Positions 1-11,670 of a stretch of 64,000 bases of DNA are shown one piece after another. The stretch comes from an uncultured Phycisphaerales bacterium (lineage in GTDB: Bacteria > Planctomycetota > Phycisphaerae > Tepidisphaerales > Tepidisphaeraceae). The position numbers and the translations under genes are program-made. The DNA is taken from the NCBI GenBank assembly GCA_963844715.1, contig CAWJPJ010000006.1, positions 576,001-640,000 of the forward strand, written 5' to 3'. How positions within the stretch are numbered: the first letter of the stretch is position 1; every line of letters begins with the position of its first letter. The notes under the pieces are model-generated. The model made no database searches and was not told where the DNA came from. It saw only the letters and a list, made by a program, of their open reading frames with translations.

Positions 1-2644
1 CCTCGGCCGTGATCGTCCCTTCGTTCTTGATTCCGCCCAGAAATGAAACCACGCCCTTGCCGCTGATTGTTCCCTGGTTATCGAGTTCCAATCCGGTCCC
101 GAGATCGGTCAGGGTCGCCCCGCCGCCGCCATCGCCGATGGTGATGGTGCCCGTGGTAAGGAAATCATCGCCGTCGCTCCCGCCGACGATCGCCAGTCCG
201 CTCCCGCCGGAGGCGATGGTGATCGTTCCATTATTGATCGGCGCCTCGGTCCCTCCGATGGTCATCCCGGCGCTGGTGACCGAGATCGAAGCCGTCGAGC
301 TGCTGTTGATCACCTGCTCGGTCTCGTCATACATCCCGCTGGCCAGACCCAGCGTACCGCCGCCGGTGATTTGGCCGCTGTTGATCAGGTTATGCCCCTC
401 AGCCGTCACGTTGGCGTTGGATCCGTTCAGATAGATCTCTCCGCTGTTGTCGAGATCCGTATTGGCGACAACCAGATTGAAATTCGCCGCGATATTGACC
501 TTACCGGCCTGGGTCACGTTGTCCGAATCGACCACCAGCGCACCGGCCGACCCGGTCCCCAGATTCATCGTGCCGCCAACGTTATTCGCCAATGCCGTCG
601 ACTCGACGGTGCCGCCCGTCGCGTTGATGATGCCATCCAGATCGTTGTAAATGAACGGCCCCTCGAGCGCACCGCCGGTGTTGAAGGTGAACGTACTGTA
701 GTTCACGAACCCGCCCACCGTGTCCAGCGTGCCGCCTGTGTTGACGATGGTGCTGCCGTAGTTGTTCACGGCCGCCGCGGAGCCCGGCGTCGCGCTGGTC
801 ATCGTAAAGACCGATCCATTATTCGCCGTTAACGTGCCATAGTTGTTAAAAATTCCCGAGTTAAACGTCGGCGTGCCGGAATTGCCGTTCACATACCCAT
901 AGTTGTCGAACGTATTGCTCCCCTGCGGCCCGGTTGTGAATTGCGCCGTGTCATAAAGATTGATGTAACTGTTCGGGTGCGAGTTGTCCCCGTTCTGCTG
1001 GTCCCCGCCCCGGAAGAGCAAATTGCCGTCGCCGTACCCGTTGATGATCCCGTTGTCGTTGTTCAGATTCCCCTGCGGCTGATTCACCACCTGCCCGTTG
1101 GGCGTGTCATATCCCACGTCAATATACGCGTCGTAGTTCAGCACCGCCCCGTTGACGTTCGTCAGGATCGGACTCGAAAGCGTCCGCCCGCGCACGATCG
1201 TATCGCCCAGCAAATTCATCGTTGTGATATATCCCCCGGGCGTGGAATCGCCGTCGTTGATGATCTGCCCGGTAATCTCCATATGCTGAGAACCCGTCGG
1301 GTCATACGTGTACGTCCCGCCCGTGTAGTTCTCCAGGCTGCTGATGATGTCCGGGTACATCCCCTTGGGAAGCTGATCGACCTGCCCGATCAGCACGTTC
1401 CCCTGCATGACCATGACCGCGCCCTGCTGATTGACGACATTCACGCCGGGCGTGGTGTGCCCCATCGTGAAATCACCCGCGAAATCCATGTAGCTCGAGA
1501 CGCCGCTTTGGAGGAGCCCGGATTGTGAATTATAGATCGTGCCGGTCCCCTGATTGGTCAGATTGCCGTTGATGAAGAACGTGCCGCCGCCGGTTGGGTC
1601 GAACAGGTACTGACCGCCGGATTCGTTGACCATGTTGGTTGGATTGGTCACCGCCGCGCGGTTGTACATGTAAGCGCCGTTTTCGTTGGTGACGGCCGCT
1701 TCGAAAGTGGTCGCGCCATTCAGATCCATCACTGCGCCAGGATCGGAGTTGGTGACTGTATTCTGGAACGTGATCGACTGCGCGCCGGTCCCGTCATAAC
1801 GGAAATATCCCCACTGCGAATGATTCGTCACCGTGCCGGTGATGGTCGGGCTGCCGTTCAGCCAGACAAGGCCCTGCGTATCCAGATTGCCCGCGATCGT
1901 CCCGGTTGTCGCCGAGCCGGTGAGCGGAACGGGATCGGTAAACGCTCCCGTCGTCACGCCGGTAACCGGCTGGATATACGCCGGAGTCGGAACCGTATAT
2001 CCCCCTTCGTAACTGCCGCCCAGAACCGTCGCGGCGGGCAATCCGTCGTCGTTTGCCACGGAACTGCTCAGCGCCTGGCTGAGTCCCGTGTTGTTCGCAA
2101 CGTCGCCTGCGATGGCGTTTCGATTCCAATACGTGTTGTAACCAAACACCGGCGCATCGACGAAGATCGTGCCGGCCGTAGCGGTCTGGCCGTTCAGATT
2201 CAGCGTCGAGTCCGAGCCATCGAGCGTGATATTCGTCGTGACGTTCAGACTGTCGTCAAGAGTGAGGACGTTCAGAAACGGATCATACGGACCGGGAGGA
2301 GATTCCGGCGGCCAAGGCCAGGGATATTCCTGAATCAAAAGCGAATTGATCGTAACCGGGGTATCAAGCGTGACTTCGCGCGTACCCGGACCGGGTTCGT
2401 CAACGTCGGGAAGAACGACGTCGTAGGTATTCCCCCCGCCATTGTCGGGGACCAAGTCGAGGTCCCAATTGCTCGGGTCGCTCCAATTGCCGCTATTCGC
2501 GCTGTTCCAGGTAACCGTGGTCTGTGCTCGCAGCATCGAACAAATGCACAAAAGACCCGCGAGAAATGCTATGACTGACCACTGTTTGCCATAAACCGAA
2601 CTATACAAACTCCCTGGAGCGCACGACGATCCGTCGTCTCCCAT
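1..2644 (-). CDS. Large secreted Gly/Asn/Thr-rich beta-helix (autotransporter-passenger/PEP-CTERM-like) protein, runs off the window edge (>880 aa)
   Basis: Absent from the ORF track because no stop lies in the window. Manual translation from ATG 2644 (GGAGGG upstream) gives a hydrophobic signal segment, then QTTVTWNSANSGNWSDPSNW and repeated N-x-G-T-I turns. The same frame holds at ~1800 and at position 4. Confidence 0.75.
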   Translation of the reverse strand, partial: MGDDGSSCAPGSLYSSVYGKQWSVIAFLAGLLCICSMLRAQTTVTWNSANSGNWSDPSNWDLDLVPDNGGGNTYDVVLPDVDEPGPGTREVTLDTPVTINSLLIQEYPWPWPPESPPGPYDPFLNVLTLDDSLNVTTNITLDGSDSTLNLNGQTATAGTIFVDAPVFGYNTYWNRNAIAGDVANNTGLSQALSSSVANDDGLPAATVLGGSYEGGYTVPTPAYIQPVTGVTTGAFTDPVPLTGSATTGTIAGNLDTQGLVWLNGSPTITGTVTNHSQWGYFRYDGTGAQSITFQNTVTNSDPGAVMDLNGATTFEAAVTNENGAYMYNRAAVTNPTNMVNESGGQYLFDPTGGGTFFINGNLTNQGTGTIYNSQSGLLQSGVSSYMDFAGDFTMGHTTPGVNVVNQQGAVMVMQGNVLIGQVDQLPKGMYPDIISSLENYTGGTYTYDPTGSQHMEITGQIINDGDSTPGGYITTMNLLGDTIVRGRTLSSPILTNVNGAVLNYDAYIDVGYDTPNGQVVNQPQGNLNNDNGIINGYGDGNLLFRGGDQQNGDNSHPNSYINLYDTAQFTTGPQGSNTFDNYGYVNGNSGTPTFNSGIFNNYGTLTANNGSVFTMTSATPGSAAAVNNYGSTIVNTGGTLDTVGGFVNYSTFTFNTGGALEGPFIYNDLDGIINATGGTVESTALANNVGGTMNLGTGSAGALVVDSDNVTQAGKVNIAANFNLVVANTDLDNSGEIYLNGSNANVTAEGHNLINSGQITGGGTLGLASGMYDETEQVINSSSTASISVTSAGMTIGGTEAPINNGTITIASGGSGLAIVGGSDGDDFLTTGTITIGDGGGGATLTDLGTGLELDNQGTISGKGVVSFLGGIKNEGTITAE

Positions 2645-2801
2645 AACCACCCTCCGGTCGTTTAAGTTTTTCGTGATTCACGTAAACTACCCCGTGAATT
2701 GCGACAGTCAGCCTACCTCGAATTTGAGATAGGTCAAGTAAAAAACGGAGATTCCGCGCGAATTTGTGAAATGCTAACAATCAAAAAAACGTATCAAAAC
2801 G

Positions 2802-3464
2802 CTACGTCGATTGTATTTTCTGCTCCAGCTCCACGGCCGCCCCTGATGTGATTAGCGGCTTAACCATGCTACTGCCCGACCCAATCGGCGGAATGTAATT
2901 CCCTGTCGACAAAATGACTTTGAACGCTTCCTCCGGGGTGATCCGAAGGATTGTGCATTTTTTCACATCGATGAAATACAGCCGCCCCGTGATCGGGTTC
3001 GGCGCCGAGGGAACAAAAACGCAATAGCATGCCGGATCAAGTTCAATCACCCGCCCGCTCGTGAACCCCATCATCCGCATCTGCCCCGTCTCGTCCGGAA
3101 CCAGCACCACGTTCGAAAACGTCCCCTCCGTCCCTCCCGGCGTCAGCGCGATCTGCTTCCACCCCAGATAAAGCTGCCTCACCACCGGCAGCCGCATCAG
3201 CACCGCATCCAACAATCCCAAAAAATACCGCCCCAAAATGCTCGACGTGATCAAACCCGTCACGTAAATCGCCCCGATCGCGATCAAGACGCCGAGAAAC
3301 GGAATGCTGCGATGAAACAGATAAACCGTGATCCCGCGCGTCTTTTCATCCACCCACCAGACGATAAAAATCGTGACCGCCAGCGGCACCGCCGCAAAAA
3401 TCCCCGCGACGAACGTCCGCCGAATGCTCCCCCTGGAAAAGAAATTGGATTCGTGGTCCATCAT
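2802..3464 (-). CDS. DUF502 family membrane protein
   Basis: RRTFVAGIFAAVPLAVT N-terminus, two TM segments, LPVVRQLY, VFVPSAPNPITG and EEAFKVILSTG motifs. Confidence 0.8.
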   Translation of the reverse strand: MMDHESNFFSRGSIRRTFVAGIFAAVPLAVTIFIVWWVDEKTRGITVYLFHRSIPFLGVLIAIGAIYVTGLITSSILGRYFLGLLDAVLMRLPVVRQLYLGWKQIALTPGGTEGTFSNVVLVPDETGQMRMMGFTSGRVIELDPACYCVFVPSAPNPITGRLYFIDVKKCTILRITPEEAFKVILSTGNYIPPIGSGSSMVKPLITSGAAVELEQKIQST

Positions 3465-3510
3465 AACCCGATTCGCCCGCTCAGCATCATCCGCCAACGC
3501 CGGGAAAACC

Positions 3511-4633
3511 TCAATTCCCCGCCCCCGGCGTGATTCGCCGCCGCAATTCCGCCACCGCCGCCACCCGCGCATCGCCGGTCAGCCCCAAATCAAACCGCGG
3601 GTCCTTCCCAGTCAGTCGCCGCAGATGGTCCAGCGCCGCCGCCCGTAAGTCGCGATCGTCGCTGTAGAGCATATCGATCAAAAAATCCCGATCTTTTCGC
3701 AACCTCGCCAGCGTCGCGCCGTCCAATGGATGATATGGCGCCAAGAATTGGTCCAGTCTCTCCGTCTGCTCGGGGCTCAGCCCCGAGCGCTGGGTCGCCA
3801 AGAGGTAAAGCGCCGCAGGCTCCCCGATCTGCTTCAACCCCTTCTGCGCCGCCGCCCGGGTCGAATAATCATCCGAATTCAGTTGTCCCACCAACTCGTC
3901 CACTTTCTCGCCCAACCCCGCCGGCGGCGACCACGTATCCGAAACCACCTGCCAACCCATCTTATCCTCGACGCCGAACACCACTTCCTCCTGCCCAAAC
4001 TCGCGCATCGCCGGCCGCAGATATCGCTCATATTCCGCGGGATATTTCCGCCGAAGATCGCTCAGCCCATTCCCCAAATACTTCTCCCGAACGATCTTTC
4101 CAGATCCTTCGCCTTCAGGAATCACCTGCACGCGCAGCACCACCGGCGCATCAGCCCCCGGATCGGCGGACTCATCCAGCGAAACCGTCGTCGACTTTTC
4201 GGGCGTATCAACGTTGTAATCAATCCCCAGCAGAATCCAGCTACTCCCCAGGCCAATATGCTCCTCCCCCACATGTGGATTCGAATAATCAAAGTAATCA
4301 AACCTGAAGTAACACAGCCCCGGAAATCGGCTGGCGTTCAATTTCAACTCCCCCTCTCCCACGCCGCCCGTCAATTTGCACGCGATGATCCGAGTCCTTC
4401 CCATCATAAATCGGGCAGCTTGCAATGAGCACATCTCCATTCATCCGCAGTCGCACCAGCTCCGCCACCGACTTGGCCGAAATCAGCGGCAGCTTCGCCG
4501 CCCCCGCCAACATCGGATTCCCCCCGCCACCCGGCTGCGTCGGCGCCGCACTCTGCGGCGACTTTTCCGTCGCCGGCTGTGTCGTCCCCGCCACGCAGGC
4601 CAGACATACGATTCCCGCCAGAATTCGCCGCAT
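3511..4633 (-). CDS. Exported hypothetical protein, frameshifted near 4430
   Basis: Signal-peptide ORF 4298..4633 (MRRILAGIVCLAC...TTQP) joins ORF 3511..4440, which has a HEAT-like segment (LNSDDYSTRAAAQKGL). Confidence 0.55.
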
Positions 4634-4713
4634 GCAGCCGATTATATGGTATCAGCAGGCGAATTTTGCCCTCGCTTACCGTCCGCACTTCGGCGCGGGT
4701 AGAATGGAGCGTC

Positions 4714-6607
4714 ATGACTCGCCTGGATCGGCACATCCTGGCCGTTCGAAACCGCCTGACTCTAGGCCGGTTCCTCCAAACCTGGGGCATGGCCCTTCTC
4801 TATTTGGCGATCGTCATCTGGCTAGCCATCGCCGGCGAGAAACTCCTCAACCGCATCCTCCCGCACTGGGCCGTTCTGATTTACGCCGGCCTTTTCTGCA
4901 CGATTCTGACCGCCGCGATCTGGAGCCTGACCCGCCGTCCCAGCGCGCAGGTTGCCGCTATCGCGATCGACCGCGAATTGAATCTCAAGGAAACATTCAG
5001 CAGCGCCATCTTCGCTAAATCATTCGACGACCCATTTGCCCGCGCAGTGGTGCTCGACGCTCAGCAGACCGCCGACAACGTCTCCCTGCAAAGCCGCTTC
5101 CCCCTCAAATTCCCGCGCTCGGCCGGGTTCGCCGCCGCCGTCTTCATCGCCGCGCTCTTGACCGCCTGGCTTGTCCCTCCGCTCCATTTGCTGGCCACGC
5201 CAACTCCCCCGCCGGCCACCATCGCCCGTGTCAACGATCGCCAAGCCACCGACAAGCTGCTCAAGGACCAGCTCCCGCGCATCGAGCAAGGCGCCAAGCT
5301 CCTGAGCGCTGACGACGCCATCCGCCGCGCCGCGGACGATCTCGACAAAGCCGCCCACACCACCGAGGGCGACGATCTTCACGCCAAGCGCAGCGCCCTC
5401 TCGCCGCTCGAGGATCTTCAAAAAGCCTTCCGCGAAGATTTGGAAAAGAACCAGGAATTCCAGAACGCGCAAACGACCAAGGAAGCGCTCGCCGAGATGC
5501 AAGGCGCGACCGACACCTCAACGCCGATGGGCCAGGCGCGAAAATGATCTCAAGTCCGGCGACCTCGACTCCGCGATGTCCAACATCTCCAAGGCCGTCG
5601 ATCAATTCAACAAGCTCCCTCCCGAGCAGCAGCAAAAAATCCTCAACCAGGCGCAGCAGCTCGCCCAGCAACTCGCCAATGCCGCGAACAATCCCGCCAC
5701 CGGCCAGAAGATCGCCCACCAACTCATGCAAATGGGCGCCAGCCAGTCGATGGCGCAGAACATGTCCGCCGCGATGCAGCAAGCCGCCTCCGGCGACAAA
5801 CAAGCGCAGCGGCAACTTCAGCAAATGGCCAAGCAACTAAGCCAACAGATGAACAACGGCCAGGGCCCCACCCAGCAGCAACAGCATCAGATTCAACAAA
5901 TGATGGCCAAAGCCCAGGCGATGGCGAATTCCCAGGCCCAGGCCGGTGCGCTCTCCAGTTCCATGCAACAACTCGCCAGTTCCATGCAGCAAGCCAAGGC
6001 GTCGCAACAAGTCGGTCATCCCGGCCAGATGCCCAAGCCCGGCCAGCAAGGCTCCTCCCAGTCCCAGCAAATGTCTCAAGCCGCCCAGGGTTTGCATCAG
6101 CAGTTACAACAGATGCAAGCCCAGGCCAAGGACGCCCAGGCCATGAAAGCCGCCGCCGATGCCTCCGCCGCCGCGGCCGCCGACGCCGCCGCCGGTCTAA
6201 ACGGCGACTCCGGCTCCGGCAACGATCAGTCCAGCGACAACACCAACTCCAATCTCAATACCTCCGACCAGAACAACCAAAATCAAAACCAGCCCGGCCA
6301 ACGAAAAGGCGGCGCCGGCGGCCTGGGCAACGGCGGCGCGAAAAATCCCGACATGGAGGAAGCCCCCTATCACATGAAGCAGGAAATCGATCCCTCCAAG
6401 GACATCGCCAACGGAAAGATTCTCGCCAGCCGATACGTCCGCGCCGGCATCGACCCGGGCCAATCCACCGCCGGCCTCCGCGCCGCAGCCGCCTCAGGCG
6501 AGCAACAAGAATCCGACGACATCGAACAAGACCACGTCTCCAGAGACGCCCAACAAACCGTCAAAGACTATTTCTCCTCCATCCAACAATCCGACCAGCA
6601 ACAATAG
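4714..6607 (+). CDS. Membrane-anchored coiled-coil protein with Gln-rich C-terminus, first gene of the MoxR cluster; frameshift near 5545
   Basis: Three TM segments and IDRELNLKE motif, followed by Q/M/A-rich ORF 5576..6607 ending VKDYFSSIQ. Confidence 0.65.
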
Positions 6608-7239
6608 CCCCTGAAGCGCAATCCCCTAACGCCCACGGCGCTGCCGTGGGGCATTGGGTTTTCTATATTGATGGAACCCGCCGAGGAAAGCGCAGGATTC
6701 AACCAAACCACCGCCCCCTTCTTCCCATGCCCCGCGATGTAATTCAAAGCATTCAACCGATGCGCACTATCTCGAATGGGTTTGCATTCCGACCGCTTGC
6801 CCCAAATTCCTTCGCCCCGTTTCAAATCAAGAGAAATCCCCCTGGCAGCGCCATGGGCGTTAAGGAATTCCTTCAACTTCTTCGTCGCAAAATATTTCGC
6901 CCACCCCAACCTATGGCGCGGACGATTGTCGTCAAATCTCGCGAGCACATGCAAGTGTGAGCCATCCAAACAAGCCACCAACACGATTACACCAGCTTTC
7001 ATCAGGCATTCCACTGCCGCTCGCAATACCGTTTCCCGCACTTCCCGGCCCAATCGCACTGGATCTCGATCCATCAAATCTTTGGATTGTTTAAGTATCC
7101 GCTCGAACGTTCCTTTTCCGGGCGGTTTTCGATAATCCCCATCGACATGTTTGCGATGCCATCGCTCCCGCCATCCGCGCGGATCGCCCCTCAGCCACGT
7201 GCCATAGCTATTACACATGCAGTGATACCAATTGCCCAC
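6568..7239 (-). CDS. HUH (IS200/RAYT-like) tyrosine transposase
   Basis: YHCMCNSYGTWLRGDPRGW N-terminus, HUH motif SHLHVL, IWGKR and catalytic-like LNYI. Confidence 0.7.
   Translation of the reverse strand: MGNWYHCMCNSYGTWLRGDPRGWRERWHRKHVDGDYRKPPGKGTFERILKQSKDLMDRDPVRLGREVRETVLRAAVECLMKAGVIVLVACLDGSHLHVLARFDDNRPRHRLGWAKYFATKKLKEFLNAHGAARGISLDLKRGEGIWGKRSECKPIRDSAHRLNALNYIAGHGKKGAVVWLNPALSSAGSINIENPMPHGSAVGVRGLRFRGYCCWSDCWMEEK
6627..6651 (+). repeat. REP-like hairpin CCCACGGC-GCT-GCCGTGGG; inverted degenerate copy at 6839-6862
   Basis: TAACGCCCACGGCGCTGCCGTGGGG versus the reverse complement of 6839-6862, TAACGCCCATGGCGCTGCCAGGGG. Confidence 0.7.
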
Positions 7240-7297
7240 GGTGACTTCATTTTACCGAATGCACCGCAAGTGGTTATATTGGATTGTCTTGACCCTC

Positions 7298-10200
7298 ATG
7301 CCGGCCGCGCCGCTCAACATTTTGGGATACGCAACTCTACGGCTGGATTACTTCTCGCCCTGGACCGCCCTCGGAATTTTCACATGTCTAGGCTCAACCA
7401 CCATTCTCCTCGGCCTCCGTTCCCTCGCCGGCCTCGGCCCGGTCCGCAAATGGGTCGCCATCGTCGTCCGCCTGCTCGTTCTGCTCCTGCTCATTCTCAT
7501 CCTCGGCGACATCCAATGGGTCCGCCAAAACACCGCCGTCGAAGTGATGGTCGTCCGCGACATCAGCCGCTCCACGCAACTCGTCCGCGATTTCCCTGGC
7601 CAATTCCTGCAATCTTCCATCGACGACTATCTCATCCAGGCCACCAGCCCCGCCAATTCCGCCTCGCACCAGGAGGGCGACAAAGTCGGCGAGATCAGCT
7701 TCAACGAGCAGCCTTTCATCGACGCCATTCCCTCTGACAAACTCTCGCTTCAGCGCCGCGCCATCCGCGGCCCCGGCACCGGCACCGACGCCGCGGCCGC
7801 TATCGAGCTTGGTCTTGCTTCGATGGACAGCGACGCCATGCACCGCCTGCTTCTGATCTGGGACGGCAACGACACCCAGGGAGACCTCGATACGCGCCCT
7901 CGCCGCCGCCGCCGGGCAGCACGTCCCCATCGACGTCATGCCCCTTCAGTACAACGTCACCCACGAGGTCATGCTCGACAAATTCATCGCCCCCACCTGG
8001 CGCCAGGAAGGCCAGCCCTTCACGATTGAGATTCACATTCTCAGCACCAACACGCAGGACGTCGCCGCCAATCTCTCCGTGACCGACAACGGCCGCCTCA
8101 TGCCCCTCGAGGACGGCAAAACCACCGAGCGCATCCTGGTCCGCCCCGGCCGCAACGTCGAACGCGTCGAAGTCCCCCCGCGCTCCGCCGGCGTCCATCA
8201 ATTTCACGCCACCATCGACGACGTGAAAAATATCACCGCCTTCATCGACAACACGCCGCCCGCCAGCGATCTCGACAACAAATCCGGCGACATGGTTACC
8301 TTCGTCAAAGGCAAAGGCCAGGTCCTCTTCGTCGACAACACCGACCCGGACCATTCCGTCGATGCTGGCCGCTTCCTGCGCGACGCTCTCCAATCCCAAA
8401 AGATCAACATCGTCTCGATCTTCCCCGACCAGTTCCCCAACAATCCCATCGATCTCCAGGGCTACGACGCCGTAATCCTCGCCAACGTCCCGCGCGGCGT
8501 AGGCGGACTCAGCGACGAGCAGGAACACATGCTCGCCGGTTACATCCACGACACCGGCGGCGGTCTCGTCATGATCGGCGGACCCCAATCCTTCGGGGCG
8601 GGCGGCTGGGAAGGCTCACGCCTCGAACAGGAACTCCCCGTCGTCATGGAAGTCCCCGCCCAGCGCGAAATTCCCAAAGGTGCGTTGGTCCTCTGCATGG
8701 ACCCCTCCGAAGCCCCGGATGGAAATTACTGGGGCGCCGAGTGCGCCATCAAAGCCGCCGAAACGCTCTCCTCGCGCGACGAAGTCGGCGTCATCGACTT
8801 TGCCTGGGGTGGCCCAGGCGGCATCGTCGGCTGCCGCTGGGAAGCCCCCCTCGCCCCCAAAGGCAACGGCAGCAGAATTCAGGCGGCAATCAAAAACTGG
8901 AGCCTCGGCGATCTCCCCAGCTTCGACGAAGCCGTCAACCTCGCCCTCGACGGCAACGCCGATAGCCCCGGCCTCATCAAATCCGACGCCAAGGCCAAGC
9001 ACATCATCATCATTACCGATGACGACCCCGCTATGCCCACGCAAGCCACCATCCAAAAATGCATCGACAACAAAGTCTCCATCTCCACGGTCACCGTCTA
9101 CCCTCACCAATCCGGAAACGTCGCCGTCGGCGTCCGTGAACTAGCCAAAGCCACCGGTGGAAAATCCTACGGCCCCATCGAGTCCAACCCCAATCAGCTT
9201 CCCCAAATCTTCATTAAGGAAGCCACCGTCGTAAAACGCAGCATCGTCCAGGAAGACCCCAAAGGCATCCCCGTCCGCTTAAGCGCCTCCTCCAGCGATC
9301 TGGTCAAAGGCCTGGTCCCCGGTTCCCTTCCCGTAATCTACGGCATGGACCTCACCGGCCGCCGCGACAACCCCCTCGTGAACATCCCCATCACCGCCGG
9401 CCTAAAAGCCGATCCACTGCTCGCCGAGTGGCAAGCCGGTCTCGGAAAAGTCGCCGTCTACACCTCCGATGCCTTCAATCGCTGGGACGCCAACTGGGTC
9501 GACAGCGACCTTTACGACAAATTCTGGTCGCAGATCGTCCGCGGCGTTTCCCGCTCCCCCGTCTCCAGTGATTTTGAAATCGACATGACCACCGACGGCG
9601 ACAAAGGCCACGTCACCGTCCATGCCGAGCAGGAAGGAAACGCCTTCAACAATTTCCTGAATATCGCCGGCACCATCGCCGGCGGCGCTGACCTCACGCC
9701 CCATCCCGTGCGCCTGCTTCAAACGGGCCCCGGAACCTACGAAGCCGATTTCGACGCCAGCCAGCAAGGGAGCTACATCTGCTACTTGAATTACTCCGGC
9801 CAGGACGGAAAAAGCGGCGTCCTCCTCGCCGGCACCAGCGTCAACAGCTCCCCCGAACTCCGCAATCTCCGCAGCAATGACAGCCTTCTCAACCAGATCG
9901 CCCAGCGCACGGGCGGCCGGGTCCTGACCCCGTTCGATCCCACCTCCGCCGATCTCTTCAGCCGCGACGGTTTGGAAGTCAGCTCCTCCCCCCAGCCGAT
10001 CTGGGACCGCTTGCTCCCCGTTGCTCTGGCCCTGATCCTCATCGACGTCGCCGTGCGCCGCATCGCCTGGAGCTGGGCGTCCACCAAGCGCCTCGCTGCA
10101 TCGGCCGCCGGTTTTGTCCGTCAATTTACTATGACTGTCCGCCCGGTTGAAAACCGCCAGGTTCTGGAAAGCCTCAAGCGCGTGCGAGGCGAAGTCGCCG

Positions 10201-10452
10201 AGCAGAAATTCAAACCCGCGCCGCCCCCCGCCGCCGCGCCCGCCCCGACGCCGCCGCCAAGTTCGACGCCGGCGCCGCCGGTGTCGAGGGAGACATCACC
10301 GCCGTCGTCGGCGGAGCCGTCGACCAGCCGATCCCCTCGGCCCCCAAAATCCGCAGCCCAAAGGCCTCACGCTCGGCGGGCACACCAGCTCCCTCCTCGA
10401 GGCCAAACGCCGCGCACAAATGAAAATCAAAAAGAAGGAAGAAGAATCTTAA
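7298..10452 (+). CDS. VWA-domain membrane protein with glutamine-amidotransferase-like domain; frameshifts near 7890 and 10240-10330
   Basis: MIDAS-like DISRS and WDGNDT, GGGLVMIGGPQSFGAGGW, second VWA (DPSEA...ITDD). C-terminus GHTSSLLEAKRRA lies in ORF 10147..10452. Start codon uncertain. Confidence 0.75.
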
Positions 10453-10471
10453 TTCACTTGAGAGGTTTCAC

Positions 10472-11518
10472 ATGGCAATGCCCAATATCCCCAACGTCGA
10501 TCCCCAGATTCAGGCCGCCTGCGACCAGTTCCGCAAGGACTACCGCGCCCTTCAATCCGAGATCGGCAAAATCATCGTCGGCCACCAGGATATCGTCGAC
10601 GGCGTCCTCACCTGCCTATTCGTCGGCGGCCACGCCCTCCTCGAAGGCGTCCCCGGCCTGGGCAAAACCGCGCTCATTCGCGCCCTCGCCGACGCGCTTG
10701 ATCTCAAATTCAGCCGCATCCAGTTCACCCCCGACCTCATGCCCGCCGACGTCATCGGCACCAACGTCATCATGGAAGACGCGCAGGGCCACAGAAATTT
10801 CACCTTCATGCCCGGTCCCATCTTCGCCCAGATCGTCCTGGCCGACGAAATCAACCGAGCAACCCCCAAAACCCAATCCGCCCTCCTCGAAGCCATGCAG
10901 GAGCAGCAAGTCACCGCCGGCGGCCAAATGCGAAAACTCGAAAAACCCTTCTTCGTCATGGCCACCCAAAACCCGCTGGAGCAGGAAGGCACCTATCCTC
11001 TCCCTGAAGCCCAGCTGGACCGCTTCTTCTTCAAGCTGCTGGTCCAATACAGCGGCCGCGACGAACTGAAACAAATTCTCGACCGCACCACCACCAATCA
11101 AAAGGCCGAAGTCAAAGCCGTCATCAACTCCCAGCGCATCCTCGAACATCAGGAACTGGTCAAGCGCGTCCTCGTCGCCCCGCACGTCCAGGACTATGCC
11201 ATCCGCGTCGTCCTCGCCACACATCCCCAGGGCATCTATGCCGTAGGCATGACCAACCAGTTCCTCAGATTCGGCGCCAGCCCCCGCGCCGCCCAGGCCA
11301 TCACCCTGGCAAGCAAAGTCCGAGCACTGCTCGATGGCCGTTTCCACACCAGCTTTCAGGATGTCAAAGACATCGCCATCCCCGCCATGCGCCACAGAAT
11401 CATCCTGAATTTCGAAGGCGAAGCCGAAGGAATCACGACGGACATGATCCTGGAAAAAGTCCTCGCCGAAACCCCGCAAACGATCGAGGACGATTCGCCG
11501 GCAATGGTACGAAAGTAA
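10472..11518 (+). CDS. moxR: MoxR family AAA+ ATPase
   Basis: GVPGLGKT Walker A, RIQFTPDLMPAD, LADEINRATPKTQSALLEAM, ATQNPLEQEGTYPLPEAQLDRF. Confidence 0.95.
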   Translation: MAMPNIPNVDPQIQAACDQFRKDYRALQSEIGKIIVGHQDIVDGVLTCLFVGGHALLEGVPGLGKTALIRALADALDLKFSRIQFTPDLMPADVIGTNVIMEDAQGHRNFTFMPGPIFAQIVLADEINRATPKTQSALLEAMQEQQVTAGGQMRKLEKPFFVMATQNPLEQEGTYPLPEAQLDRFFFKLLVQYSGRDELKQILDRTTTNQKAEVKAVINSQRILEHQELVKRVLVAPHVQDYAIRVVLATHPQGIYAVGMTNQFLRFGASPRAAQAITLASKVRALLDGRFHTSFQDVKDIAIPAMRHRIILNFEGEAEGITTDMILEKVLAETPQTIEDDSPAMVRK

Positions 11519-11523
11519 AGGCG

Positions 11524-11652
11524 GAAACCCGAATGACGAAACCCGAAACCAGAATCAAACCCGAAATCCGAATGAGCCATAGCACGCGCAGCAGTCATGG
11601 CTCATTCTGGTTTCGGATTTGATTCGGATTTCTGGTTTCGGGTTTCGGATTT
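11524..11652. repeat. Heptamer-periodic palindromic element, copy A (empty, subtype 1)
   Basis: GAAACCC GAATGAC GAAACCC GAAACCA GAATCAAACCC GAAATCC GAATGAG CCAT, short spacer, then the inverted arm ATGG CTCATTC TGGTTTC GGATTTGATTC GGATTTC TGGTTTC GGGTTTC GGATTT. Confidence 0.9.
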
Positions 11653-11670
11653 ACGCGGAGGATTACCGCA

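Noticed and set aside
2764..2781. Rex operator TTGTGAAATGCTAACAA
   Set aside because: The left half matches TTGTGAA, but spacing is one base short and the right half has two mismatches.
5576..6330. CAG/CAA-rich tract as a DNA repeat element
   Set aside because: It is explained by Gln-rich coding sequence with synonymous variation.
10453..11069. C-terminal 200 aa of the 1043-aa ORF overlapping moxR, and many long antisense or alternate-frame ORFs
   Set aside because: These are Ser/Pro/Arg-rich shadow translations typical of high-GC DNA, extended by frameshift errors.
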